In this document: positions 13,211 to 26,870 of the stretch, piece after piece | Layout: each line of letters begins with the position of its first letter | How positions within the stretch are numbered: the stretch's first letter is position 1 | Assembly: GCF_964204645.1 (NCBI RefSeq) | Contig: NC_134034.1 | Span: 372,001-436,000 of the forward strand | Length of the DNA stretch: 64,000 bases | Direction of reading: 5' to 3' | Source: Tubulanus polymorphus | Taxonomy: Eukaryota; Animalia; Nemertea | Program-made: the position numbers and the translations under genes | The notes under the pieces: generated by a model | Databases searched by the model: none | What the model saw: the letters and a program-made list of their open reading frames with translations, nothing else | What the model was told of the DNA's origin: nothing

Positions 13211-13834
13211 TTGATCTAGAGAATGTTTTCAAACACTGGTATTCATTGTGGTGTTGATGATACTCAGTACAGTACTCCCCCTAGTGGCACATATTACAAA
13301 TAACTCGCATAATAAAATCTCAGATTAATAATTTTTAACATAAAGTATTTGATAATTAACATATTTCATTATTTATACTAAAATATGCCAAATCTATTTG
13401 ATATTTTTGTGAATAGGTTTCACGAGGAGGTGTGGGGGTAGGAGGCAGGGCGTGAGGGTAGGAGGCAGGGTGAGGTGGGGTAGGAGGCAGGCTGTCGTTA
13501 CTCTACACAAACTAACCACATCATTACATGTAACATTGAGTGATCTGTGAGATTGTGGATTTATGTTGCTCGTCCTTCCACAGGTCCACCCAAGAGAGGC
13601 AGACCTAAGAATGGGTGGGTGGGCAGTGACTCCTCACAGATTCTCACAGCTCCTCACAGCTCCTCATATCTCTCACTAACACTGTTTCTACTCTCAGAGA
13701 CTGACAGTGAAAATTATACATGTTTGATGTTACAGCAGCAGTTTCCATGGTAACGCAATAAGCGTGATGGTTTGTACATAATCCATGCATGTGTATGAAA
13801 ATCAACATTACACATCAAATCAACATCAATCAAT

Positions 13835-14410
13835 GTGGGGCTTTATGGGACTGTGGGGCTGTATGGGACTGTGGGGCTGGACAGGACTGTGGGGCTTTAT
13901 GGGACTGTGGGGCTGTACAGGACTGTGGGGCTGTATGGGACTGTGGGGCTGTACAGGACTATGGGGCTGTATGGGACTGTGGGGCTGTACAGGACTATGG
14001 GGCTGTATGGGACTGTGGGGCTGGACAGGACTGTGGGGCTTTATGGGACTGTGGGGCTGTACAGGACTGTGGGGCTGTATGGGACTGTGGGGCTGTACAG
14101 GACTATGGGGCTGTATGGGACTGTGGGGCTGTACAGGACTATGGGGCTGTATGGGACTGTGGGGCTGGACAGGACTGTGGGGCTGTATGGGACTGTCGGG
14201 CTGTACAGGACTGTGGGGCTGTATGGGACTGTGGGGCTGTACAGGACTGTGGGGGCTGTATGGGACTGTGGGGCTATATGGGACTGTGGGGCTATATGGG
14301 ATTGTGGGGCTGTATGGGACTGTGGGGCTGTATGGGACTGTGGGGCTGTATGGGACTGTGGGGCTTTATGAGACTGTGGGGCTTTATGAGACTGTGGGGG
14401 GGGGGGGGCT
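13835..14410. repeat. 18-bp G-rich minisatellite (GGGACTGTGGGGCTGTAT)
   Basis: About 30 units. It produces spurious ORFs in all three + frames. Confidence 0.95.
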
Positions 14411-14944
14411 GTATGGGATGTAGGGCTTTATGGAACAGTGGTCCTGTACAGGGCTAGGGCAGTATAGTGCTGTAAGGCTACCATGTGACTGTGACTGTTT
14501 GTGACTGTACATGCGTTCGATGTGACTGTGGGGGCTGTGGGGCTGTATGTGACTGTGGGGGCTGTATGTGACTGTGGGGCTGTTTGGGGCTGTGGAGCTG
14601 TATGTGACTGTACATGCGCTCTAAATGGCTGCAACTTTTCAGGATTGTTCGACTCTAAGGAAGTTTATTAAGGAAATTAGCTGGCGCCATCTGTTGGAAT
14701 AGCTCAGAACCCCACTATGTAAATGTTTGCGTAAAAATATGCTCGACATTTTGAGAAATTTGGAGCAATATTTCTTCGGGAAAAAACCGTCGACGCTTAG
14801 TTCGTTTTATTACCGTTTCCGTCCAACATTGAGCGGTTATCACGGCGGTTTCCATGGCAACGCGTATAGAGCAGCTGACAAGGTTTTTATGTGAAAGAAT
14901 TTGCTGCGCTACGAGACGACGAGAATTAATATCACTTGACACTG

Positions 14945-15110
14945 ACTGAGAAAACACTGAGAAACATCGGGAGAAAACACAGAGAAACATCGGGAGAAAA
15001 CATTGAGAAACTGCGGGAGAAAACATTGAGAAACATCGGAAGAGAAAACACTGAGAAACATCAGAGGAGAAAACACTGAGAAACATCGGAGGAGAAAACA
15101 CTGAGAAACG
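14945..15110. repeat. About 23-bp minisatellite GAGAAAACACTGAGAAACATCGG
   Basis: Directly visible. Confidence 0.85.
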
Positions 15111-16244
15111 AAAAAATACAGGGAAACACCATGAGAAAACACAGAGTAACAGCAGAAGAGAACAGTGAGAAACGTCAAGAAAAAAACACTGTGACTATCA
15201 GAGACTGTGGAGTCGTTGGAGTCATTGATTGTGGAGTTAAATATGACAAGATTCTTCACGTCTTTGGTTTTAGCAGCAACAAAATGTTTAAATCTGCAAT
15301 GTGCAGTTTTGATATTTGTGGAGAAAAGTGAATGTTAGCGTTTTAATTTTGTAATTAATTAATGTATCGTAATTATAATTTTCATTAATTATTTATGGGT
15401 GAAACTAATTAGGTTCATTAACGAATCCGATGACGAAGTTGTCATAAATTATGGCTTGATTTTCACAAATCAATTAGTGAATGATAGATTCATGAACCTC
15501 CGGAGTCACGGAGTTGTGGAGTCGTGGAGTCATCTTGTCGGAAAATAGAATTCTTGCACGTGCGATTGGCAAGTAATCTTTCATCCGAGTCCGAGTCCGT
15601 GCGGTCGATACCTCTCTTTACAACGAAAAAATGATTATAATGGAAAACCGGGCATTTCATGATTTATGATTCAAATTACAGGATTTAGCGGGTTAGTCCA
15701 CGTTCCCTCCCTCCCTCTCCCCTCGTTTGAACACCCCCTCTCCCCATCCCCCCTCCGGGATGAGACGATATCAAAAACATTTTATCATAACGGAAATAAT
15801 ATCGAGTGAAGATTTCCCAATTTCGGGGGTGTCCTATTTGACGGCGTCGGGCGCGAGTTGTAATCGGTGGAAGCTACCACCCCCGCGGTTACACGAATAG
15901 ACCGATCCATCTCATCAGTATCTCCCGCGCAGACGGAGCCTGTTTTATAATGCAACCGCTCGGTGAGATCATTAGGATAACATATTCACAGCGGAGATAT
16001 ACTGGATAGCTGATGAGGCTGGTAAGAGATGCTACTGCTGTTGATGCTGCTGCTGATGCTGCTATGATGATGACTCTGTTCTCTATGTGTTTAATTATTT
16101 ATGCTAATATCGCGAGATCTTTCTCTCATATTCACTTGTGAAATTATTACTGTTCGTATTTAATTAATCCATTTTAATTAATTTATTAATTAATTATTAA
16201 TGAGTTTAGTTTTCGTCATTTTTTTGGTTTTTTCCACATGCTCA

Positions 16245-16275
<31 letters not shown>

Positions 16276-16694
16276 TAGCTGTTGTTGTCATGGTTTCTCG
16301 ATCTCGTCAGTATTTTATCCTACCCCTCTGTCCATCCGTTTTGTGTGATACAGTATTCATCTGCGTTATCAGCTGTTTCCCAGCATCCAGTCGTGTTTAT
16401 TTGCGTGCGCTGTTTGTCGTTCCTTGATGTTTTACATTTCACTTCAAAAAGTAGCCATTTTTACAATGAGACCGTGATAGAAGTATGTAAATTGATTAAG
16501 GGGGGAAGGAGGGAGTAGGGAGGGAGGGAGGGGGTTTGGGTTATGATTCAACGGCACTAAACTTTGGATTATCTTGTCAAAATTGGCAAAACCAAAAACC
16601 AGTTTTTCCAAAATCTAGTTTTGAGTCGAGAAATAAATTTTTCGATTTTTTTCCCGCTAAAGATGGCCATGTAATTTTGAGAGCTACGTGGGGT

Positions 16695-16832
16695 CTATAG
16701 TCACTGGTCAAACTCTACAGTCACTGGTCAAACTCTATAGTCACTGGTCAAACTCTATAGGGACTGGTCAAACTCTATAGTCACTGGTCAAAATCTATAG
16801 TCACTGGTCAAACTATAGTCACTGGTCAAACT
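16695..16832. repeat. 20-bp tandem repeat TCTATAGTCACTGGTCAAAC
   Basis: About 7 units. Confidence 0.9.
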
Positions 16833-18429
16833 CGGATTGACGCTGGTCAGTTTATCACAGGTCATTCACCCTTACGGTTAGAGACAGGACTGAAACATAT
16901 GACTTTAACACTGACATATTCTACACAGGCTTTTGTCGTCCAGATATAAATCTGACCAGCCTTAAATCATAAAAGCCTTAATGTTAAATCTTAAAACCAG
17001 TTTTAAGTTGTTAGATTGACGAAGAACTACGATTAATGGTCTGAGACCGATATTAGATCTAAGCCACGTCTCGATGTATCTAGTCCCTTGGCCTTGAACT
17101 TATGATAAGATGTACATACATAAAACTGAGTCTGATCTAAACAAAGACTGGTTTTAGATTTGAGATCGGTTTTAGACTGAGTCGCCGGTTTATAGTATAA
17201 CTGAGGAAATAGAGACTTACTATTAGTAAAGCGGTCGATGCAGAAACTGCTGAATCCACGGAAATCTGACGTATTTTACCAGAATTCATCATTTAATCCT
17301 CCAACAGTAGCGAACAGTATCGTCGTCGCCGTCGGTTACCGGACGTAGAGGCAGACGCAGCTCTCGCACACTGTAAACACACGACAATGCAGCTTAGATT
17401 ATTATTATTAATAAATTAATTTATTTAAATTATTTCCGAGTTGATGATTTGTGTCTGTGGTAAATTTGATATGTAATGAGGTTATTTTAGAATCGGAACT
17501 GCTGAGAAATGAATCTCATTTCCGACTCTATATACAAACTACATATTACTTATAACATGTTAAATATATGACTTTTATTAAGCAATAAGGAATGATACAA
17601 ACTATGAGAGGTTTATATATGAAGCAGGGTAAACTGAGAAATTAATGATTGCATTTGATACGGAAAAACTGTTTTTATCAATTCCAACCAAATACATGAG
17701 GATTACCGATACTTGGGGATTCCCGATACGTGGGGATTTCTGATATCTGAGGATACTTGGGGATTACCGATACTTGGGGATTTCCGAACACGGCGGTTTT
17801 ATTACGGAAGTTATGCCTGGATTTACCGATAAAAAAGTAATGAATTCCACGGAGAAAATGAGATATATGTGAAATTTGGTTCTTGTTTTGTAAATTTAAC
17901 CCTGGTTGAATGAATCAGCTTGACAAAAAACGATGAAAAAATTGATGAAATGAATTAATGAAGAATTATATTTTATGCGTCGATTTTCAATTCAGCCCCT
18001 CATTTGGGTGTAGTTGCTACTCAGCTGATGCTCAGGGGGGGGGGAGGGGGGAGGGATGTTTGATGTTTAAAGATATTCTGCTTGTACAGCAGAAGAGACA
18101 GACAGACAGAGTACGCAGTGTTTATACCGGTATCTATCAGCAGGAAATACTGTGAATTATTCATTAGATCTGACTGAGACCCATCTTCCTCCTCTCCCTC
18201 CTCTCCTCTCTCCTCACTCTCCCCCTTCTCATCTCCCATTCCTCTCATCACTCATTGACCAGTTGTACGTGACCAAGACTCAAAGGCTCAGATTTAAAGA
18301 TGGGTTTAGTTTGTAAACCCAGTCTATCTCTGCCATGTGCGTCTGCTCTAATACCGTCTGCTGCTGCTGCTGTCATACGGTTGCCAGGGACAACGGTAAT
18401 CGATGCAGATGATGTTTTTTCATCTCATT

Positions 18430-18463
<34 letters not shown>

Positions 18464-19362
18464 TGATTGCCTGACTCTATAACACTCTCTCCCTGACCGC
18501 CCCACAATTCACAATTTAGTTTGTCGCCCCACACAGAGATGATATATATCGTCCCTCAAGATCCGAGGCTCCGCGAGCAGCAATCGCCGATTTTTACTAT
18601 ACTTAGATATATAGAACATTATGAAATATTGATAGATTAAATCACCAGGGGGCAGTAGTAACAACGATATGGCTTAGATTTTAAGACTATTGTAGGTCTA
18701 ATCTTGCAACCGGTAATCCAACAACCCTGCAACAACTCCACGATTCCTGAAAAACTTCTAAACAGAAAATACTTTTAAAATGTGCTTGAAACTCCATTAA
18801 TTTGAACACTGCGCAAAATTCCTTAAAATGTCAATTTCGAGAAAAAGACGATTAAGAATGTTTGTACATGTACCAGTCGTTGTACAGTAGACTACGCAAA
18901 CAGATACAGTTGGGACCAGGATTGTTTTTTACCGAATTAGGCAGCTGCCAAATTAAAAACTGAGTAGACCTACAGGTATTGTAAAGATTTGCTTACAAAA
19001 CCACTGATTTGAATTACCGATTTACTGAGATAAACAGTGCAGATTAAGGAGGAGTCTAGATGCAGACGCTTCCTCAAAACTAGAAATTTTCTCCTTATTA
19101 GAAATGTTTTATATCCAGGAATGACCTGCATGTAGTGACCCGGTGTTACAACTTTAGACCAGTCCTTAGATTTAAGAACACTAGTCACGGCTGTTTAGCC
19201 GAGATTTGATATTTGAATTTCTAGATTTATTCCCTATCATTTCTTTTTTTTCAGGTCGATATATCGGAAATAAGAGATTGATTATTTGAGATATCATCAA
19301 AACTCAAAGTGAAATCGATACAAGTTGGTGGCGCGGGGTATTTCACCTCAGCTGCTCACATC

Positions 19363-22300
19363 ATGGATCCAGACGCAACCGATAATGGCGCAAACGATGT
19401 CATCAACGGTGATATTAAACCAGACCCGGCTAAACTAGCTCAACAAGCCATCATTAAACAGGTATTAAACCAGATCCGGCTAAACTAGCTCAACAAGCCA
19501 TCATTAAACAGGTATTAAACCAGACCCGGCTAAACTAGCTCAACAAACCATCATTAAACAGGTATTAAACCAGACCCGGCTAAACTAGCTCAACAAGCCA
19601 TCATTAAACAGGTATTAAACCAGACCCGGCTAAACTAGCTCAACAAACCATCATTAAACAGGTATTAAACCAGACCCGGCTAAACTAGCTCAACAAGCCA
19701 TCATTAAACAGGTATTAAACCAGACCCGGCTAAACTAGCTCAACAAGCCATCATTAAACAGGTATTAAACCAGACCCGGCTAAACTAGCTCAACAAGCCA
19801 TCATTAAACAGGTATTAAACCAGAGCTGGTTTATGTAAACTGGATTAACCCGTTCAGTGCTGACTAATTAATACCCTAATGTGCTGAAGATAATTTGAAA
19901 ATTTTGAAAAATTCCGCCCTAGTGTGTTGAATAACGGGAATACCACTATAGTGCGTCTACACCGCAGTGCGGTGTATCGTTAGTTACTTATATTTCACTA
20001 TGTTTGACAGGTGCTGCCATCTTTCAATAGAGATGAATACTAATAAAATCAATACCTCGCGGTGCAGTGTACTAACAAAATCTATCACTGATTTATACAC
20101 CGCACTGCGGTGTAGACACACTGATAGGGTTAAACAGTTGTTTGTACCGATTTTCAGGATGTGATGCTGTCTGGTTCCAGTAACCAATCACCTATGACTT
20201 CGTCGTTATCCCTTGCAACAATGGCAATGCCGACAGTTGCTATGGCGAATGCGGGATTACCGACGGTGAATATGGGAACGGCAGGACTCGCTGGGACGAT
20301 CACCGATCAGTTATTCATGTCAGTCGGAGCGTCTAATGGTGATACACTAACTACTCCAACTACTTCATCAGAACTCAAACCTGAAGTTCAAAATCGTAAG
20401 TATACAGAAAATACCTCCATCAATCCTCCTATGACATCATCAAATTGATCAATTCACCCGTCCAAAATACATGTCTGCCTTCATAAATCCCCCTATGACA
20501 TCATCTAATTATCTACTAGTGATTAGATCTATAGACACTTCTAGAAAAGATGTCTGCCTCCATAAATCCCCCTATGACATCATCTTACAGGTCGACTAAT
20601 ATTTGATTATTTTTCACAGTTTTATCGTCGGCAGCAAATACTCAGTTACTCGGACAGCCACAGGTGGCGCCACAGTTTATAATGGCTGGTTCGGGAGGTC
20701 AGGGTACGGTAGGAGGGTTACCTACAGTTCAACAGTTCTTTATACCTGTCTCTACCGGTAAGTGTCAATCAAAACAAGCTAATGTTAACCGCTCTGATTG
20801 TTAAACGAGCTAACATTAACCGCTCTGACTGTTGATTATAATCTATTTTTCAGCGAATGGAGCTCAGCAGTTGTTGAGTATACCGATGTCGCTAGGCGGC
20901 GGACAGCAACAGATTCAATTGTTGACGTCTAACGGACAGTTGATCGCCACGAATCTAGCCGGTTTACCCGGAATTCAAACTTTAACCAATAATCTAACGG
21001 CTAATCATCATCCCGGTAAGGAGGGTGCTACGACTACGAGCCAAAGGGGTGAGGATTTACCGGCAGCTGCTGCTGCTGCTGCTGCTGTAGCTGACTACTA
21101 TTATATGGTTTTATATCATATTTTGATCATAGTCTATTTCAAATTTTATCTCCTCCCCCTTGGTTCTTTTTCATTATTTTTACCTGCATTAAATCGTAGA
21201 TATCAATCTGCAGCCTGGAAACCTGGCCAGCTCGACCAGCCCCTCGGATATTCACCACATTGGGGGTCAAGTTCCAGATTGCAGATTGATAGCTGCATTA
21301 ATATGTATAAAATAAACCCAGTTCCACCTGTGTTCCGCCAGTGTTCCACCGGTGGAACACTGACAGTGTTGGTTTAGTTTGACTTTTGAGTTAAGATTTT
21401 CCAATATTGTAACTTAGCCAAATCTGAATTGTGGAATTGTGGAATTACAAATGTACTTTGGAATTGTTTTTCGTATGGTTGTTTATATGTTTTCAATCTC
21501 AATGTATTTAGTTATTTACTTTGTAACTGATGGTTAATACAGAAGATTTTGTGACTTCTGAGGTCGAGAGGCCTCTCTCCTCAACAAGTGAGGTCTGAAG
21601 GCCTCTCTCCCTCCCTCCAACATGTGAGGTCTGGAGGCCTCTTTCCTTCCTCAACTAGTGAGGTCTGAAGGCCTCTCTTCCTCCCTCCAACATGTGAGGT
21701 CTGGAGGCCTCTTTCCTTCCTCAACTAGTGAGGTCTGAAGGCCTCTCTCCCTCCCTCCAACATGTGAGGTCTGGAGGCCTCTTTCCTTCCTCAACTAGTG
21801 AGGTCTGAAGGCCTCTCTCCCTCCCTCCAACATGTGAGGTCTGGAGGCCTCTCTCCCTCCCACCTGCTAATGGTCAGTTTCCATTTGAGTAGCAAAATTT
21901 AACCATCTTCAGTTTTTTCGATCGTAAATTTTGCTCCCAGATTTGTTTGGTGTTGTATGAAATCGGTGTACGTTGATTAGAATTCTCTCTACGAGTCTAA
22001 AAAAACAGCCGGCTAGTATCTAGTATTATTGATTATTACGTGATTTTATATTGAACAGTAGCAGCAGCCCAACCTAATCCAACTCTGGCAGCTACGCAGG
22101 TTCTACCACAACTACTGACTAACGCACAGGGACAGATTATCGCTTTAGGAACGCAGGTATAAATCCCCCTCTAACCTCTCATCTCTAGGTTACGGTTAAC
22201 TATTATTTGTAGTGAGTCAAATCAGTAATTTGATGATGTCATAAGGTGATTTATGGAGGCAGACATATTTTCTAGGAGTGTCTATAGATCAAATCACAAT

Positions 22301-24677
22301 TTGATGATATCATAGGGGGATATATGTAGGCAGACATCTTTTCAAGGAGGGTCTATAGATAAAATGACTTGCGCCTAAGTCAGTGATGTCATAAGGGGGT
22401 TTATGAGGCAACGTAGGGAGCAATAAAAACAAAGCAATGTTTTTCTTATTTTCGCGTTTCAGGTTTTACAGCAACCCTCGGTGACGTTATCAAATCAGCA
22501 GCAGGCGGCAGCAGCGGCGCCCTCTACGAATCTGAACCAGGCCGCAGCAGCGATCCAGGCGGCGGTGACTCCACATATCACAATACCTCGTCCCGATCCG
22601 GTACCTCAAGCGTTAACGCAACCGATCTCTATAAACAACCAGAACGCAGTCGTCACTCAAACAGCGCCACCTACTGTGAAAACTATACAACAAACTACGA
22701 CAACGACGACGCAGCAAGCTTCCGCCAATAACCTTCCACCTAACGTTAGCAGTTTATTACCCAGTATGTATTACACACAGCTTCTAGACCTGGTCTCTGA
22801 GTTTAGACCTGGTCTCTGAGTTTAGACCTGGTCTCTGAGTTTAGACCTGGTCTCTGAGTTTAGACCTGGTCTCTGAGTTTAGACCTGGTCTCTGAGTTTA
22901 GACCTGGTCTCTGAGTTTAGACCTGGTCTCTGAGTTTAGACCTGGTCTCTGAGTTTAGACCTGGTCTCTGAGTTTAGACCGGGTCTCTGAGTTTAGACCT
23001 GGTCTCTGAGTTTAGACCTGGTCTCTGAGTTTAGACCTGGTCTCTGAGTTTAGACCTGGTCTCTGAGTTTAGACCTGGTCTCTGAGTTTAGACCTGGTCT
23101 CTGAGTTTATACCTGGTCTCTGAGTTTAGACCGGGACTCTGAGTTTAGACCTGGTCTCTGAGTTTAGACCTGGTCTCTGAGTTTAGACCTGGTCTCTGAG
23201 TTTAGACCTGGTCTCTGAGTTTAGACCTGGTCTCTGAGTTTAGACCTGGTCTCTGAGTTAAGACCTGGTCTCTGAGTTTAGACCTGTTCTCTGAGTGAGT
23301 TCAGACTTGCAGTCAACTCATTTGAAAGGGTTGAGGACTCTTGGGTCCGTTACTTGGAAGTCAAGTTCGACTGGTAATTTCATGATTTACTGTTTATTTG
23401 TAGATACCGTCAGCCAATCAAACGAAAGTACAACCGTTGACGGAATTAACTTAGACGAAATCAAAGAATTCGCAAAACAGTTTAAAATTCGGCGTTTATC
23501 TCTGGGTTTGACGCAGACTCAAGTCGGACAGGCTCTCAGCGCTACTGAGGGACCCGCGTACAGTCAGTCAGCTATCTGCAGGTAGGTTGATGTTTATCTC
23601 TGGGTTTGACGCAGACTCAAGTCGGACAGGCTCTCAGCGCTACTGAGGGACCCGCCTACAGTCAGTCAGCTATCTGCAGGTAGGTTGATAAAACTCAGTG
23701 TTCTCCATAACAGGTTTTAGAGGAGCAGCCACCTCCACCCCTCTGAAAATCAGCCAGCCCCTATAGAATATCTGCTGCCCAAACTAGAGTGGATGCCAAT
23801 ATTCTATCAATGCTGATAATTGCTTTGAAATATATCGGACTAAACTGAAAAATAGAAGATTCCATGTCACGTAAATAAAAATACCTTTATTTCATTTTCA
23901 GGTTTGAAAAATTGGACATAACTCCGAAAAGTGCGCAGAAAATCAAACCAGTTTTAGAGCGATGGATGTTAGAAGCTGAAGATCGGTATAAAAACGGCGT
24001 TCAGAATCTAACGGAGTTCATCGGTAGCGAACCTTCAAAAAAACGGAAACGTCGGACGTCGTTTACTCCGGCAGCGCTGGAGGTGTTAAACGATCACTTC
24101 GAGAGGAATACACATCCTTCAGGTGAGACACACAGAGGGGAGGGGAGGGGAGGAATGGGAGGGGAGGGCGGCGCTGGAGGTGTTAAACGATCACTTCGAG
24201 AGGAATACACATCCTTCAGGTGAGACACACAGAGGGGAGGGGTAGGGGAGGCGGAGGGGGAGGGGGGATAGTTTAAACTAAGTGAAGAGTTTGAGAAATG
24301 TAACATCATCTATAGACACTTCAAAATGACTGTCTTCGTAAATCCCCTTATGACATCATCAAATTACCTACAAGTTGTTTTAATCTATAAACACTTCTAG
24401 GAAAGATGTCTGCCTTCATGAATCCACCTATGACATCATCAATTTGTCTACCAGTGATTTGATCTATCAGCACTTCTAGAAAAGATGTCTGCCTCTAGAA
24501 ATCCCCCTATGACATCATCAAATTATGCATGTATATTGCTGATATGTTTCAGGTGCTGAAATGACAGATTTATCAAATAAACTGAACTACGATCGTGAAG
24601 TGATACGTGTTTGGTTCTGTAATAAACGACAAGCTTTAAAAAACACGATCAAAAAACTCAAACAGGAGCAACAATAG
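19363..24677 (+). CDS. POU6F2: Class VI POU-homeodomain transcription factor (POU6F1/POU6F2-like, pdm3-like)
   Basis: POU-specific domain VDGINLDEIKEFAKQFKIRRLSLGLTQTQVGQALSATEGPAYSQSAICRFEKLDITPKSAQKIKPVLERWM. Homeodomain SKKRKRRTSFTPAALEVLN..LNYDREVIRVWFCNKRQALKN. Q/A/T-rich N-terminal exons. ATG 19363 (MDPDAT), stop TAG 24675-24677. A probable non-coding first exon ends at a gtaag donor near 16021. F1 versus F2 orthology cannot be resolved. Confidence 0.93.
19413..19823. repeat. 50-bp tandem repeat x8 spanning a POU6 splice donor
   Basis: CAG|GTATTAAACCAGACCCGGCTAAACTAGCTCAACAAGCCATCATTAAA. Confidence 0.95.
19849..20129. mobile_element. Non-autonomous piggyBac-type MITE
   Basis: TTAA|CCCGTTCAGTG...CACTGATAGGG|TTAA, with internal inverted AGTGCGTCTACACCGCAGTGCGGTGTAT. 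A solo end also occurs near 59305-59333. Confidence 0.7.
21560..21862. repeat. 70-bp tandem repeat, about x4
   Basis: GAGGTCTGAAGGCCTCTCTCCCTCCCTCCAACATGTGAGGTCTGGAGGCC... Confidence 0.9.
22784..23296. repeat. 19-bp tandem repeat, about x27 (TTTAGACCTGGTCTCTGAG)
   Basis: Highly homogeneous array. Confidence 0.95.
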
Positions 24678-25125
24678 ACACCGGTAAAAACCTGTCGTTA
24701 ACGGTTACCGCTCGCTGTCGTCACGGAAATGGGACTTCAATCGATTGAGATGACGTAGATTTTTTTCCGAGTTTTTTTTGTTTGTTTTTTTTTACGTTCG
24801 CTGAAAAAATGACATCAAATGTTTAAGATTTTCAAGGACATGTGGTCTCAAAAATGGTGTTTGTCTTTATGAGGTTTATTTCATTTTCCATGAATTTATG
24901 TAACTGTGTTTAGGATATACTTTGATCTGATTAGAGTGTTTGGAGTGGGGAGTGGGGAGGGGGTGAGTGGGGGGATGGGGAGGGAGTCTGGTCTATTGTG
25001 TTGACTTCATGCATTTAAAGGTTGTAATATTAACACTATTAATTTATGTTGAACTTTTAGTATCCAAAAATATCTACAAAACTTGGATCCAGTTTCACTG
25101 TTCCTGACTGTGAAACTGTATCCTG

Positions 25126-25401
25126 GGCCCAGTTGTACAGTTGTAATTAATGTCCAAATGTGGTTTCAAATTTTAGACTGATCTTTAAGTTTTAAGATTG
25201 GCTATAAAACCAAAATGAGCTTTCGCTGGTCTTAAGTTGTTAGATTGACTATAGAACTAAATTGAGTTTAGACTGGTCTTAAGTTAGATTGGTTATAGAA
25301 CCAAAATGAGCTTAGACTGGTCTTAAGTTGTTAGATTGGTTATAGAACTAAGATGACCTTAGGCTGGTCTAAAATCTAAGCCATGACTGTGCAACCGGGC
25401 C
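25126..25401. mobile_element. PIF/Harbinger (Tourist-like) MITE
   Basis: CTG|GGCCCAGTTGTACAGT...ACTGTGCAACCGGGCC|CTG, with internal GTTGTTAGATTGGCTATAGAAC repeats. Confidence 0.65.
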
Positions 25402-26042
25402 CTGGTTCTTCTAACCTGGTTTTTGGAGTCAAATTTTCTGCCCTTGCAGTCTCTTGTGCCCAGTGACTCCAATACGACTCCGGAGTCTGTAATCAGGGGA
25501 CGCAGGGCGCGTTTTACTATTTTGTTAAGTTATATTGTGTACATTGTATTTCTATTTGATGTACATTGTTTTTGTTATCGCATTGTATTAACATATTCTA
25601 TTGCGCGCGACGTCCATTGAGTTATTTGTTTTTTTCTGTTTTCAAAAACTGTTTTTTCTTTCTATCGGAATCAAATCTTAACGGATGTTTTTGATAACTA
25701 TAAAACTCTTTACTCGGACTCAAACTCGGGTTTAAATTGAACTGAGTCTAATTTAAACTCGTAGTTTTAGCTATGATGCGCGAGGTGCTAATTTTATTAC
25801 AAATTAATAAAGAATGATTTTGTATCTTGAACATTTTTTAAAAAAAATGCAATCTCGAATGTAATTTTGTTTGTAATCGAATCTGTTACCGGTATTATTG
25901 TTTATAGGCTATTCGTAAAATATTTGACTTCTAACAAATAACGATCTGACTTCAGTGGAGTTTATCGTATCGTTTCTCGGACGCGCTTGATTTTGTAAAA
26001 ACCCGAACGTATTTTGATTTTAATGAATTGTACATAAAAACC

Positions 26043-26045
<3 letters not shown>

Positions 26046-26128
<83 letters not shown>
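26046..26128. repeat. (TA)n microsatellite
   Basis: About 40 units. Confidence 0.98.
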
Positions 26129-26129
<1 letters not shown>

Positions 26130-26651
26130 GTGTATATATATATTTATAATGATGATAATAATCATTAAGATTAGTATGATAATAAATTTAAACCAGTATG
26201 AAGCATTTAACTAATGAATATTCTAATTTAATGTAATATATCGTGTATAGATGGAGAGTTACTCTCCTTTCGCGACGGTCATGATGCCATGAAAACTGTT
26301 TTTGCTCTATTAAATATGCATGTATATAATTTGCATATTTACCGTTTTGGTACCTGATTGGTCACTATTTCGACCAATCATAGAGCTTAGATATGATTTT
26401 GCCATAGGTGATGTATCGGCCATCTTGGATGAACTTCAGCTCAGATTTCTATTGACAATTGGCTTTGCGGATTATAGTCCGAATGAGACTCAAGATGGCC
26501 GACACTGTGGTGTAAGACCGAATTGCGTTTGATTTCGGCCACGAGACAATTTGAAAGGCAAAGTTTGACCTTGCCCTTGCTTGCCAGGGTTTGTTTGCCA
26601 CTGCCCTCAAACTCACAGGATTTGAAAAGCTATTTTATGGCATGTCTGCAC

Positions 26652-26870
26652 TGGGTAGATCAGTCTGTTGCTGAAGGCTGAGTGGTCTGCTGCTGAGGGC
26701 AGATCAGTCTGTCACTGAGGGTAGATCGTTCTCTGCTGCTGAGGGTAGATCAGTCAGTCGCTGTGGGTAGATTTATCACTGCCACTGAGGGCAGATCAGT
26801 CTGTCCCTGACGGTAGATTTATCTCTGCCACTGAGGGCAGATCAGTCTGCTGCTATCAAGGGCAGATTGG
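26652..26870. repeat. Degenerate minisatellite of about 22-24 bp (CTGAGGGCAGATCAGTCTG)
   Basis: Directly visible. Confidence 0.75.

Noticed and set aside
12665-13232. Overlapping ORFs on both strands
   Set aside because: Minisatellite artefacts. The same applies to 3654-4064, 4272-4622, 34380-35076, 45469-45884 and 57919-58442.
13785-14457. Long ORFs in three frames (GLWGC/WDCGA repeats)
   Set aside because: Translation of a stop-free 18-bp minisatellite, with no unique coding sequence.
22784-23296. CRISPR-like regular array
   Set aside because: Head-to-tail repeats with no unique spacers, no cas genes, and a eukaryotic intron context.
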